Shown here one piece after another: positions 49,238 to 62,983 of a DNA stretch of 64,000 bases. How positions within the stretch are numbered: position 1 is the stretch's first letter; the number at the start of each line of letters is the position of its first letter. The notes beneath the pieces were generated by a model. It did no database searches, was not told the origin of the DNA, and saw only the letters and a program-made list of their open reading frames with translations. The stretch spans positions 558,001 through 622,000 of the forward strand of contig MU006095.1 in the NCBI GenBank assembly GCA_010093705.1. Direction: 5' to 3'. Source of the DNA: Patellaria atrata CBS 101060 (taxonomy: Eukaryota). A program made the position numbers and the translations under genes.

Positions 49238-51104
49238 TTACCTTATCTTGCACAACCGGTTATCAATAACTTTCCAGTTCTCTGTTCCAGGAGTTGCCTC
49301 GGTGTAAAAGACACCGTTTGGATCCCACTTTTTCCTGATCCTCAAGAGCCGCGCATATTTGGAGCCCCAATAGCATTGTTGCCAATTGGGTTCTTGCAGA
49401 TCAGCCTGCACCTCTGAGTCAGTAAAAGAGCCATACGAAAGATATCATCTAGTGTGAAAATACCTCATTAACATAGCATGCACCATTGGGACTGGCGTTC
49501 CTGAGAGCTGGTCCTGTAACGTTAGTGATGATATTTTGGGCTGCGGCCTTCTCAGCAACGGTTGCATTGATCTCGACTGGAATTGTGGCGATAGAGAAGC
49601 TGACTGCGTCTCTCCAGGCTGGATGAGTGGGATTGTCCGCTTTGGGCATTCCATGGCCTGGACCAACAATGTGGCCGATTATGACGGGTGTATTCTTCAC
49701 GGTGAGCTTGTAAGCTTCGATAATCTCGTTGCCGCGGTTTTCTACATCAGAACGAGTGAATAGACGACCCCCGGTGATAGCGTTTACTCCAGTCCCCTCG
49801 TCCTCGAACATCTTGATGTAAAGCTGATAGAATGACGGGTACTCCTCCCACCGGGTGGTATATCCGACGCCAGCTGCATCGAGGTCATCTATAAGGGGTT
49901 TGATTACCCGCTTAATCTTTGCCATGTTCATATTCGGTCCAACAAATGGAGCAATGTGTAGGAAGCCATCTCCCAATTCGTAGTAGACGAACATGCCGTT
50001 GTCAACCCAGTAGGGAGCGCGGTTGTGGAAATACGCGACCGCTTTCCAGAACAACTCAGAATCTTGACCCGCGGCTAGATCAAGTTGCAAACCAGCTGTG
50101 GGCAATTCATCAAAGGTCTTCACAGTCACGGAAACTACGACGCCGTAGGTTCCCGGCCCTCCACCTTTCAGCGCCCAGAAGAGGTCTTGGTTTTCTTCTG
50201 CGTTTGCGGTTACATACCTGCCGTCCGCTGTGACAACGTCGAAAGAAAGGGCCTGATCCGCTGCCATTCCGTGATAAGTGGCCATTGGACCGTGGCCACC
50301 GCCTTGGATATATCCTCCGGCAAGACCAACAGTAGGGCACTCGCCTCCAACAATAACTTGAGGAGGAGATTGCGCATTGGCACGTCCGTAAATCTCACGC
50401 CCCTGGACGCCGGCACCGAGGGTGACTGCTTTGCCACGGTAATTTCCCGGACCAGAGTACTGCTTGTGCCAAGTGGCCTCCTGGAAGCTGTGCGTGTTGA
50501 TTGCTAATGAGCCGTAACCGGACGCTCTCCCCATGAAATCATGGCCAGTGTTGCGGATGAGAAGCCTTATGTTGTTCTTTCGAGCGAAATCAACACCAGC
50601 TTTGATGTGCTCCTTCGTAGTCGCCATAATCACATAGGCTGGGTAATTCCCGAGCAGACAAGGCTCGTTAGGATTACCCGGCGGAATACAAGTAGTATTC
50701 GCATAGTAATTCCACATGTTGTCGACTTGCTGGTCGGTACTGTTGATCCAATTAACCACAAATCATAGTACACTTGAGAGGGGGAAAACATACTGCCATT
50801 GCTGGCTCAACCAATCAGTCTTCAGTTTTTCGCAAGCTGCCGCATTGTAGGTAGGTTTTCCCTCGAAACTTTTGAAACAAACTGCTGGAGGAGGAATAAC
50901 TTTCTCAAGCCTTCCACCAACTGCTCTATCTAGAGCTTTCCACTGCCCAACGGCTGGCCAGCACCTATCACCAGGAGCGCATTTGCAATCGGCAGCTCTC
51001 GCGATTAGACTTCCCTTTTCGATCCAGGGGGTTGTGGGACTAGCTTGGCTCTGAGATGATATTAGAGCTAAAACCAAAATACCAACCGCTCCAAACACAC
51101 CCAT
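49238..51104 (-). CDS. Secreted FAD-linked oxidoreductase (berberine bridge enzyme-like)
   Basis: Signal peptide, CKCAPGDRCWP, covalent-FAD motif RNTGHDFMGR and GGYIQGGGHG. BBE C-terminus YVNE|ADLQEPNWQQCYWGSKYARLLRIRKKWDP after an intron. Confidence 0.93.
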
Positions 51105-53100
51105 GATGAAATTGAATATCGAGATAGAGTAGTGAGACTGTGCACTTTAGAATTTCCAACCACGATTGTGGGAGAAGGGTAGAGTTATAATGTGGAGGAA
51201 AGGGAAAGCCAAGCTCAATCAACGAAACCTAGTCCCTACTCATCTATCGTAAAGAAGGGATAGACTAGGATGCAGTAGTAGGTAACTAGGTATTGATGAC
51301 CTGTACCTTGTTCAGCCATGATCCCAAATAAAGGTTCAGGAACAACGCCTCGATTGGAATTGGGAACCGCCGGGACCTGGTTTCTTTCTGGTTCCGAGGA
51401 ACTACAGTCGCGGTCAAGGCTACCCGAATAGCTAGCATCTCGCCTTGCGCTTGCCGGCTCTTAGAATGAAGAACTAAGCGTTTCTCGGCAGATATAGTGA
51501 TAAGCAAGAACTAGAGCTGAATCAGAGGTTAGTAGCTAATAATTCTCTCAAATCCCGATCTAATGGATCCAGTGGTTGGAGCAGGAGAAATTGTGGCGTT
51601 CGGCGACTGGAAAATGGTGAACAGTTTGCTTTAGGGTTGTATCTCATAGGGACTAGGGAGGGGGTGGATGAGAGATGAGGTTGAAGGTAGTCAAAGTACA
51701 AGTATAGAACTAATACGCTAAAGATGACTAAATGAGGGGATGCTTATGGCGCATTACACTTTACTTCAGAATTGACAAACACCGCTTCGCTAACTGTAAA
51801 CATGGCTTCTCTCCGCGTTTACAGATCAGCTATCTGAGAAGTACAAGGCTCACCTCACTCTGGGGAGGAGGGAAAACTTCCCAAGCCCATGTGTAGCCTT
51901 GCTCGCCGCCATGCCATGACAAGACACGCTTTGGTCTTGACCGGACTCGCCATTCGTTGTTCCTCGTGGGATGCTTGTCTGTGGCGCGGCCTTTTCTCCG
52001 TACTGTAAATTTCAAATCGATTAGAAATGCTACATGCGGATATCCTCCAAATATCCAAAGGGTCCTCGAGTGTATGGGATCGGTAGTGGTAGTTTGAAAA
52101 AAAGATTGACTGAATACAACCGGCTATTAGATTGCTCTCAATTCATCAATTGCTGACAGCACTAAGCTCCTTCAACCACAGGTCTACTTACTACCGATCA
52201 ACAATAATAAACAAGGGCGCTTGTTATAGATGAAGATTACGACAGAATATTACTGTACCAGACTGTCGCGCTACAGATTCGATATGACTCGCCTAGATTA
52301 GTTTCTAGAGATCCCCGGTAGTGATGCAGGTAAGGTATCCCCAGCCCTCTTGCTAAAGTGCATAAATTTGAATCTTCAACAATTTGACTTTCTTCCATCT
52401 TTCAGTTTCACTACTGCTCCATACTGTAGAGCCCGAACCGGCGACCTAAAATTGTTTGCCCTGTTTTCCACTCTTAGACTTATGGAGAGGCAAGTTCATG
52501 CAGTTCGTTGACATTTCGAATAATAGTGCGAAGTGTTTTGAGTTTACCTTCAAAATTACCACGCCACTAGTTTGGCAACTTAACCTAAACAGCAACTCCA
52601 TCATGGTAGACGGCGCGCCCTCTTCTGTCAGTTCTGTTCTATTCTTGTCTGTGCGGGGTTTCTCTGACCGAGAGAGCGGCACGGCTATATTCAGTTTTTC
52701 GCTATGCCACCTCAACGCTCCTGTTTTGCTATATTTGATGAGCATACGAGTGAGAAAAATTTTGACCCTCAGTATAAGGTTGGGTATAAGTGTGTTTCAT
52801 GATCTCACGATGAGAGAGACTTAGGGAATACAGCTATGTTTTCATAGCAAGAGTACAGCAACCGAAGGCCACCGCGCGAAAGGAAGACCTGAACGAAATC
52901 CCCGGTCTACTAGTAATTCGTGAAGTCGATGATTGTTCTTGCCGCGGACCTTATCGGTGGAAGTCCTCGAAAACGTTCTAGAGGAGAGGGAGATTGAATA
53001 ACCTTTTCCTTTAGGCACGGGTCGCAGGGCTCATCCCGAAGCTCCCGAAGCTCCCGTACCCGCACGACTCGGACGTGGCGAATATTTCTGTCTAGCGGAC

Positions 53101-54798
53101 TCAACACTGCGGACCACATCTCTTCATCCGAGTCAGATCAACGATATTATTCAGTTGCGGGGCTAGGATGTCAAGTTCATCTAGCCCCGCATAAAATTTC
53201 AAACCTTTCTTTCGCCGTAGCGGTAAATCCATAGCCGTTTCGCTCTCAACCTCCGTCGGTGAGACCTGAGTAGGTTCACTTACCGTCGCTTTTCTTTTTC
53301 TACCCCGCTTTGCTTCTGGAGTTTTATCTTCGATTCCTTTGTCTTTCGGCTTCTGTACCTGCTTCGACTTCGGCTGTCGCTTCTCAGGTTCTGGTATCTG
53401 GAAAACCTCTTCGGGAAGTCCTTTCCGCAAGATTGAATCGAGAACAGTACACTCCACTTGCTCACAGGGATCGAACGGACCGCCCTTTTTAGATTCTAGC
53501 TATGCCCAATCCTCAAGTACTTGTTGTGTGCCGTCAACATTAGCTATCGGGGGGTGCATCGAGTTTGACTCTAGTGACAGCCGTAGGTTGAAACTTTATT
53601 TTGAGTTCGAATGGGTTCTCCGCAGCTTTATTTCCCCTGCGGTGTACTAATTCCACATTGAATGGATTCGCCTTCTGACTTGACGGAGAAGATACGAGTG
53701 TTTGAATAAGCAATAACGGAGCTACATGCTCCAAATAACCTTTGGTCCAGATGTTGAATCTCTCTCGCAAGAACGTCCGCAAGTTCTCCTCGTCAACTCG
53801 TAAGTTCCATCCATTTCGAAGTTCTCGCGGATTGTGTAATTGTTCCAGGAAAGAGACTTTTGGATTATTATAGTGGTCCACGTGCATCCAACGAGGGAAA
53901 CCCTCCGGTATCTTGAATCGGTTCCGGAAGAATTGTTGAAACCTTTCACTCCAGATGTCCAGACCTTTTTGGCACGTCGCTGCACAAAGTTCTTTACCCA
54001 CACCAGCTTTCGCTGTTATATGAGCGTACAGCCCTCCACATTGAGGAAGTCCTTTGGTGTTGTAGTCTCCTCCACCTAAAACTGCAAACAGCGCAAACCC
54101 CTCCCTATCAAGGCGAGATTTCTCTCGTATTGTACTTGCTCTGTGCGCCTGGACAAGGGGCTCGCTCTTTTTATCATTCGTACGATGCTCACGAATAAGG
54201 AGTTGACAGCCGAACATAAAGATGTCCCCGTCATCACTTCAAACCGCATCGACAATACCCTCTCTTTGTAGGCGGGCACATTTTGCCTCAACCTCACCCG
54301 GTGCACGATGTGTTGGCACACCAAGGTACCGTAGTAATTGTACTAGTAGTCTTGTTCGCTCGTAATCTACACTATTTCCACCTTTTTTGTTTCGCTTCCG
54401 AGGCCTATGTGGTCCATCGAAGACGAAGAGGAATTGGATATTGAGTTTTAAGAGTCTTATGAGTCGGTGAAAGATACTTTTCTCGATAGGGTTTGCTGCT
54501 GGATCATAGATATGAATAAGACGTATTTTCGTTGGATACGCAACACTTACTCTCTCGGATCTCCGCGACTTTTGCCTCAGTCACGTTATGGAACCGCCAA
54601 CCCACCTCGTCAAGGGCAACCGGCAACGGTCTTCCCGTTCTAATAAAATGCTCGTTTGCCAATTGCGCGATTGGAAAAAAACCTCTCCGTCGCCAATGAT
54701 CTTCTATAATCTGCTCGAACGTTAATGAGAGGACTTCAGGACAGTACACCTGTATTGAGTGATGACATCTCGGACGGACATACCCTTGGAATACCCAT
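53101..54798 (-). pseudogene. XPG/Rad2-family (GEN1/Yen1-like) structure-specific nuclease, disrupted
   Basis: MGIPR start, VALDE, FLFVFDG, APGEVEAKCARLQREGIVDAV*SDDGDIFMFG and GGGDY. Lesions: TGA at 54239-54241, a frameshift near the C-run at about 53550, and TAG at 53500-53502. Confidence 0.85.
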
Positions 54799-55201
54799 CT
54801 GGGAACTTATTTTATCCAAAAAGTGATCCGTTGTGCATGGAAGCGAGCGAAACACGTTGTTGGCTTGTTGCAGCGCCTAGATGCAACGCGTGAATGGAGA
54901 GAAAGAGGCAAGGGAGAGGAATCACGTTCTCGGGGATCGTCTCGGAGAGGACCACCAATGACGCGTTTTGTATTTCTCCATCGCGTTTCTGCACCGTCAA
55001 TTCATCACCGTTAGAATTATCGAACACTTTGGGAATTTAGAATGTTTTTGTCGTATTCATAATCTCTTTACTATAATATAGCGTGTAGGTGCAACTGGAT
55101 GTAATATAGGAGGTATAGTAACATAGGAGGTATAGTCATACTCTGCAAAATCACGTCTGCGTTATCTTGGGGACGAAAAAAAGGCCCCTGAAAACCCAAG
55201 T

Positions 55202-55452
55202 AAAAAAAAAAAAAAAAAAGAGACAAAACAGTTCCCCGCCGCTCCTATTCATGGAATGGACGAACGGCGTGCTACTTCTGCTTAAGAGCATTATCCCCCC
55301 TCTAAGGTTCGACCTCTGGACCGGTTGGTTTTGGCCTGATCCGTGTGGTGGGGGTTTCCCACCACATGGCCACAGGTCTCCAGAATATAGAAAAAAGTCA
55401 CGGCTTGTTTGTTCATAACCCGCAGGTGGACAGCACTGTTTAGAGGGGGGGG
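55202..55452. other. Nested inverted-repeat element next to an A18 tract (candidate structured ncRNA or MITE-like insertion)
   Basis: Pairs: CCCCCCTCTAA 55295-55305 with TTAGAGGGGGG 55440-55450; TCTGGA 55315 with TCCAGA 55379; TGTGGTGGG 55344 with CCCACCACA 55358. Separate hairpin at 55237-55269. Confidence 0.5.
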
Positions 55453-56846
55453 TAGGTGGGGGGTCAAAATAACAGCTCGCCATATTTAACCTTGATCTAA
55501 AATCTGATAAGCTGTGTATTTACTCTTACCATACTTCGGTAGGATATTCCTTTCAGCTGGGCTAGTCCTCCACCGCTAATCAATAACACGATAAAGAATG
55601 TAGCCTTTTCATCAACCTTTTCCAACTGTACTGTACTATACGGTACGGTTCATATCCGAACAGCACAAAAACCTCGTTGGTTTATGTGTCCTTGTCGCTG
55701 GGTTGAAGTATTGTCCCTTACCACAAATTTGCCTACGGAACATTTTTAGGACACAACTTGATCGGGTTTTGTGGTCAAAGTACCCTATCTTCCATTCTTG
55801 GATGCTATATCAGGTTTCGCGTCTAGATCGTCGTATAGTACAGCCTTATTCCTCGTATATCTACGCCATTCGATTCCCAATCTCCACTTTTCCATCTCTC
55901 TCTCCCTCTCTTGCTAATTGAATTTATGCAAGAACCACACTATACAGTCCGTAATGTGGGCTCCTGTATTGCCGTTCTTTCTTTGTTCTCCGGTATTTCT
56001 GCTACCACTAATCATTCGGGCCATACTGTCTCGAACATATTTGAGACAGCCTTTGATCAACTGCCCTTATATCTCCTCGGCCTTCTTGCTCTCCGATTCT
56101 GCACCTTTACTCACCAGTTGTGCTTCGAGGGCTGTGCTACTCTTTTCTGGCGCTGTAAGTCACCCGTTTAAGAGAATATTATCGCCATTTGGCGAAACTT
56201 GGAAACTCCATCCCTCTGGGGCTCCTTGGATACCACAGCAACAAATTGAGCATGGCGGAGTGGATGGCATTACGCTGTTCTGTTTGTGAGATTTCAAATT
56301 CGTAACTGGCTTACCATTGACGTCGTTCCGATTGAGACGGTGCAGAACGATTTAAACCAATGGTCAAATCTTTCCTCAGACTATAGAACCCAAATACGAT
56401 GGCTTTTCTAAATGGAATGATACAAGTGAGGAGATAGGAGGTACTCATCGCGCTCTATGTGCGGTTCATGTCATAGCACATCTTTTCAAGGCGGTGGATA
56501 TGGCCGCGGTGATATGTTACAGCTTATTACATGCGGGAAAGTATGGGAGCGGAGTGATTGTATTCTATAAGATCTTTGTCAAACCTGGCTAATTAGGATA
56601 GCGTCAAGAAACAACTTGAATGTTGAGAAGACGGCCTTTTACATATAAATAGAGAAGTGTCATAATTTATTGTGCATTTTCATTGTTCGTTTGATACAAA
56701 AGTCAAGGTCTTTCTTTATTAGGATAGAATCCGCCTACTGTACAGTATCTACTCATAATCTCTACCTGATATCATTCAAGTCAACACCTGAGCTAAAAAA
56801 CCGTCTCAGTACCCGTGATACCAAAACGAGCCGTAGTGTAGAATAA

Positions 56847-57330
56847 CTAGACGGTGAAGTATCTCCAGTGAGGTTCGGTTTCCAGTACAGGTTCTATGTT
56901 GATCTTGTCCATATACTGGATAGGAAGGCTCGGTAAACCTTTAGCATCACGGTTGCGTTTAACTTGGCGTTAAACATGCCCAATGGCCCTGATATCGTTG
57001 AAATGACTCGTGCCGATTGAATATATGCATTTGGGAAAGGTATCATTGTAACCACCGGCGGAATCGCAATTAGTGATCTTAAAGCTGATGAAGGCGGGAA
57101 AGTTGCTAAGGAGGACGAAGCTTTTGCACCATTCTTAGGAATGGCTTCTAAGTCCATTGAAGGAGATATTTTCCAGTCCCTTACAACTGTTCCTCAGTAA
57201 GACACGTAGCTGGGGGCCTGTGATACGAATACCTTCGAGTCTAAGCTTCCGGAGAGTAGTCCATGTCTCAAAATAGTGACCAGTGGTTTCGAAATGTCTC
57301 CTTGCGGAATAATTTGTAGTGGTGATATTT
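56847..57330 (-). pseudogene. Relic of an LRR/F-box-type hypothetical gene
   Basis: One frame reads WTTLRKLRLEGIRITGPQLRVLLRNSCKGLENISF...HS*EW...DIRAIGHV*RQVKRNRDAKGLPSLP, with TAA stops at 57135-57137 and 56970-56972. Confidence 0.45.
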
Positions 57331-60300
57331 CAAACTTGCAAATTCCGCGCTTGCTTCGCTGAATTTAGTAGTCGGCCGAAGAGGTCGTTATATGCCACGT
57401 TGTTATATGTTGTGTGAACGTAACATAGATCTAACTCCCTTCGGCCAGGAAGGAATTGATGTTACTAAATTTGACAAGGTCGTGATCTACGCAAACCCTG
57501 CGCATAATAGCACCTCGTTTTTCGCCATATGTGCTAAGGAGGGGAATCTGGAACTCCAAATGCTGCATCTTAAGCTCGCCTATAGTATTGAATATTCCGC
57601 CCGGAAAGTCCAAATTGGGACGAATGTTATCCAAATTGCCGGACAGTGGGAGAAGTATCGCAATAGTATTTATGTTGCAGAATTTACCTATGATAGTCTT
57701 GAGACCAAAGTCGGATTTGATCACACGCGCGTAATTGGAACAGGTACTACAAATCCAGCGGTGGTCAGAAGAATAGCTATCACGACACCAGGCAACTCCG
57801 AGTCTAAGATGCTTAACAAAAGGCGCTATAGGGTTTGTTGCTAGCGCTTCCAACCGAGCTAAAGGTGGCGCCTCTTACCCGAAACAGAAGATTGAAGATA
57901 TGGTCTTGAATAAGAATGGCGTCACAGCTTTGGAGAAATTTCTATTAATAAGTCGAACACTCGCAAGATCATCGCGGCTCCTGGAGCGGTTGAAACAGAT
58001 CGGTCCGTCATCTATCTCAGCAACAAGATGACTGACGATCTATTGAAGCTAGTTAGTATTCTCATGTACGTGTGTAATGAATTATGGAAAGAGGGTTGAT
58101 CAAACATGTAGAGTTGTTACTTAAGATCCTTACTTACATTGTCAACAATTTCCTAGGGTAGATAGACCATGGTATACCCTAGTAGCTAGGATATCTATTC
58201 GGAAGATGTATCAAGGGATGTGTAGAAAACCCAAAAGTCTAGAAAGCTGCAGGATTCAATGAGATTAATTGTTGAAGTAAGATGATCACTCGCGGAATGT
58301 AGACCTCGAAGGTTTTAGTTGAGGACGCTGGACACCAAGCAGGCATGTAGCTGCAGGCGGATTCGAAGGTGGAGAAAGCTCTGGAGATACTACAAAATAG
58401 AAGTTGCTCTGCGTGCTGCTGTAATTAGTGTTTGACAGATCTCTAGATGTGGGCGTACCTTAGCAGTGACCCTGTTGTGGAAGTTCTGCGGCGAACTAAG
58501 TACCCACCTGAAAATGCTCTCCTCCCAGCATACAGAACCCTTCCCACACCCTCCTCGACATGAATTATTTGAATATATTCCGCATTTCCATGCTATAGAA
58601 TGTGCAACAACACACCATTCTCGTTTATCCGACTTTTACATCTTAACATCCTTCTCGATTGGAATAACTTTCTCTATACTTTATTGATGCTCGAGTCGGG
58701 TTCCACCCATCGTACCAGCTTACTTTATAATGCAACACCCTAACGCCCTCGTTAAGACACTTTTTGTTTTGACGAAGCACGTTCTGACGCATTGATATTA
58801 TTGCAGTCAGAGGTGCACATTGGATGTAAGTCGAGCTCCTCGTGGACGAATCGTGTAGATATGGTTCCACCGAACGGATCAACAGTCTAGGTGTTTGATC
58901 AAGAGGAGGGATTAAAGGAAGTAGGACGATATACGCACACAAAAGTGTAAGAGAACAAGCTCAGATGAACCAGATGGACTGTTAGGCTAGAACAGAGGGG
59001 CAGGATACTCAAGGATTGAGACAATACGGACTAGATCTAAGGAAATTCTCTAAGAAACGGACATTTCTCGACAGGGAGAAAGAGAGATCTCCAGAAGACC
59101 ATAGTTCCAAAAGCAAGAGAAAAGAAAACGCCAAAAAAAAAAAAAAAGGAAAAAATGTTGCTGCGAAGCGGACGAGAAAAGACAAACCATGAAACGTGAG
59201 ATATTCCAGGTAAAGATGGTCTGACTAAGAAGAGCAAGCTTTCCAGTGACGATTCCTAGACCCCGATAGATCAAGATGATGATGAAAAAGGCCCTGGACC
59301 TATGGCTAGTATGATAAGAAAAGACTTGGGACTAGTTCGTGAGCATCCGCTCAAATATAGTAGAAGAAGCGTGTCCTCTATCATAATCAACACCTCTAGA
59401 GATGGGATACTGTCGCACAAAGAGTGAAAATGGAACAAATACATTGTTATCGGAGGATGTAACCGCTTTTCCTGATGGGCGTATTGTTAAAGATTAACGA
59501 TGGTCCTGCACCCGCTTATGTTGATACCCCTTTTACTCAAGCTGATACGACCACATCTATGGCGGGTTAGGCCATATTCAAACCACGGGATCACTGAACG
59601 GACATCTCCCTGCACCATTAAAGCCAAAATAAATTCTCAGGGGATCGGGATATGCCTAATAGACTGCCATAATCTTGGGGGTGAGCGTATATCATCGAAA
59701 GACCATGTGATGCTCGCATTGACTGATGTACTTCATGAAATTGCGGAGTATAAGAACCCGCTTTGCAGAAGTATGTCCCGTATTTCAATTGCGACAGAAG
59801 AACAAATTGGCTTCGCTATCTTAACCTTCATACTGTTACTCCCTCGTGGTTGTTATGGCGTTGTGGAATCCTAGCGACGACAAACTTCCATTTCTACGGC
59901 ACAACAGGATTTCGGGAAAGAACATGATTTTTCGACCCCCCTTAAATCTCCGATGAGCCTTCTCGGATATGAATGCACGCACGTACTGGAGTTCCATTTA
60001 TAGCAAAGCAAGGAATATTTCAAGCGACTTTGCACCTAACCCGGTCCTCACACTCCAATATTCAGCTTGTTCCCAAGTTGCTATTAGCTCTTTTCAGAAT
60101 GTGCGCCATCATCAGCACTAGATCAAACTGGAATGTGCACGAATTGGTACCATAATAGACTGGGGGTATGCTTTATCGTCTAGGTACCCAGATAGGGAGC
60201 ATATATTAAAATGGTAGTGTGAATTCGGATCGCCGAGGACGGACTGCATATCCATAGAGCTATTGCGTTCAAAATTTCCGGAACCAGTGTGGATGACTGT

Positions 60301-61510
60301 TTCTGGATGTCCTCCTTTTACTCCCGGACTTCGCAATCAAGATACCAATCCGTAGAGGAAGATATTTGTTCTATTGAGGCCTGATTGGGGGCAATCACAG
60401 AGCACGGCAATACCTCCCCCAAGAGAATGCGAGGGGGCTACAGAATTTTTTCTCATCTTCCGCATCCTTCAATGCCATGCCCTGCCATTGATCCATGCAA
60501 GTTGTTGCTCTGATATCAATGACGCTTTCCTCGGCGCCAGCTGCTCTGTTGTGGTGAAAGAGCAAGCCCTGTATAGCGGCCGGCACAAATATTCAGGCCA
60601 TCGCTATGTTTGGGGATACTTCTACTGGATACTTTTGTCAGCCTGGAGCCGATGTGAAATCTAGAGCCTACAGAGCTCAGCTTTCTCTCGAGATAGTTGA
60701 AAGCTACGGCTACTCACGAGAGGATAATCCGTTGGCCATTGGTACTGTACTATAATCTCACGAGAGCTAAATTGGCTTATACATTGATCGGCTGAAGTTT
60801 AAATATCTCTCTGGGTATTGGTGAGGGTTTGAGCCTTTTTGCTGTCTTGTTGGATGTAATGAATTTCGGATGGAGTTCTAACGATGATCGGCACGCTTTG
60901 CGGAAGGTACAAGCTACGGTACCTAGCTCCAGTTCTCGTTCTGAGACGCTAACTACCTTAGGATCTAGAAACCTTAAGTTCTGCCGATAACGGCTTTAAC
61001 GACTAACCTGACGTCAAACGTGACCAGTAAGATACCTTTACCCAGGTCCACCATCGTCGGATTTCTACTATTATATCCATGGGTTTGAGAGAAGAGAGTA
61101 TGTGGATGAGGAGGCAAGGAGAAGGGAGTGGAGAATATTCCTTCAGCACCAGCAAACGTTTGGGAAGAGAAGAGACGTCTGAACATCCATCCCTTTAACG
61201 ATCCTTAAGCATAAGGTAGCTGACGATCGGTTTTAGCACCTTTGCGGAGTACTGACCTCAATGATGGGCCTATAATCTGGAGGCCTTTCCATATTATGAC
61301 GGACAGATTGTGGATGCACCATCTCACCTCACCTGGTTCGGTTTACGTGCTATGACCCCACCAGATCGCAAAAAGAAATCAACAAAATCGATGCTAACCC
61401 CCGCAGCATTCTCCTAGCATGCGATTTTCTCTTATTCTTGTGTTATTTTTTTTTGGCCTTTTTCTCTTTTCCTTTCTTTAATAGATCCTAGTTCTATAGC
61501 ATCTATAATC

Positions 61511-62983
61511 ATGAACCCTATTGAAAGTCTAAAGCTCGACGAATCCGTTCCTTTACGCAGATTATCAACTTCGTCATCCTCGACGATAGATTTAACCGAC
61601 GATGAACGACTACTTAACTCTAGCACAGCCCATCTTGGACAAGTGGACAAGAGCTCCGGCCTCCCGCCCATGGATTGCGGTTGGCATGCTTGGAGTTTTC
61701 TCTTTGGTGTTTGGCTGATTGAATCATTGTGCTGGGGTACTGTTAGGATCTGAATGATTGCAGTCTACACATTTCTGATCACTATAGGGTTCGCCTTAAC
61801 CTTCGGAATCTTTCAGTCCTATTACTCCCAGCATCCATTATTCGCCAACCACAAATCTATACCAACCATTGGAGCGCTGACCACCGGCGTCTCTTATCTT
61901 CTTTGCCCTTTCATCAACCCAATCACCTTGCGGTTTCCTCAATATCATCGACATCAACTCTGGTTTGGCTGGTCACTCTGTATCCTAGGACTAGTTTGCG
62001 CAAGCTTTGCAACGCAGGTCTGGCATCTCATTCTGTTCCAAGGCATCTTGTACGGGCTCGGATGGGTAATATGTTACATTCCGTTCCTCATCATGATCAA
62101 CGAATGGTTCGACAAACGACGTGGTCTTGCATACGGGATAATTTTTGGAGCATCTGGTATCAGCGGTCTAATTCTTCCCTTTGCCTTGGAGACTCTTCTG
62201 CATAAATATGGATTTCGCAGCACATTACGAATGTTCGCTGTTAGTGTCGTTGTGGTTAGCAGTCCTGCTTGGTTTCTAATAAAACCGCGTCGCTCACCAA
62301 AATCCACACTTCAAGCCGGACCGTACGAGACCGAAAAGAGCAGTAATCATTGGAGATTCCTCCGTAACCCATACTTTTATCCCTTCGTTTTCGCTGTCCT
62401 GCTTCAAGGATTTGCCTTTTTCCTCCCTAACATATTCCTTCCGTCGTATGCAATGGAAATGGGTCTTTCCGCGTCTTCTGCTGACATCTTACTTTCTATC
62501 ACAGCATTGGCACAAGTTCCAGGTCAAATATTCAACGGTCACTTTTCTGATAAGACCAATGAGCATCTCCCCTCATTTGTATCTTGCCTAGTGTCCGGTT
62601 TCGCGGCCCTTCTTCTATGGGGGCCGGCAAAGGATTTTATGGTTCTGGCGGTGTTTTCCCTTGTTTGGGGTGCATTCGCGGCTAGTTATTCGGTTTTGTG
62701 GACACAAATCTCCAAAAAGCTCTCATCAGGCCCAGAGGAAGCAATGACTATATATGCGGTCTTATCTTTCGAGCGAGGTATTGCAAATGTTCTGGCAGGA
62801 CCTATCAGCGCAATACTAATCACGGAAGAGGTCAACATAAAAGAATATGGACTGGCAAAGTATAAGAGCATCGTGCTATTTACAGCTATTTCCCTTTTAC
62901 TCGGGAGTTTAGCAGGTGTAACGTGGATATTCGATCGTCGGAGAAAGGCAAAGCACCATACTAGAACACTGGGAAGCTTTTAG
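61511..62983 (+). CDS. MFS transporter, monocarboxylate transporter-like (Mch family); intron 61737-61787
   Basis: PPMDCGWHAWSFL, WG|FALTFGIFQSYY, EWFDKRRGLAYGI and about 12 hydrophobic segments. Confidence 0.92.

Noticed and set aside
52250..52420. HET-domain-like relic on the minus strand (LARGLGIPYL)
   Set aside because: Only about 10 residues resemble it and the diagnostic WIDALCI is absent.
29623..62983. Secondary-metabolite cluster (P450, hydrolase, BBE oxidase, MFS)
   Set aside because: No PKS, NRPS or terpene synthase is present, and the genes are dispersed among housekeeping genes such as RPN5.
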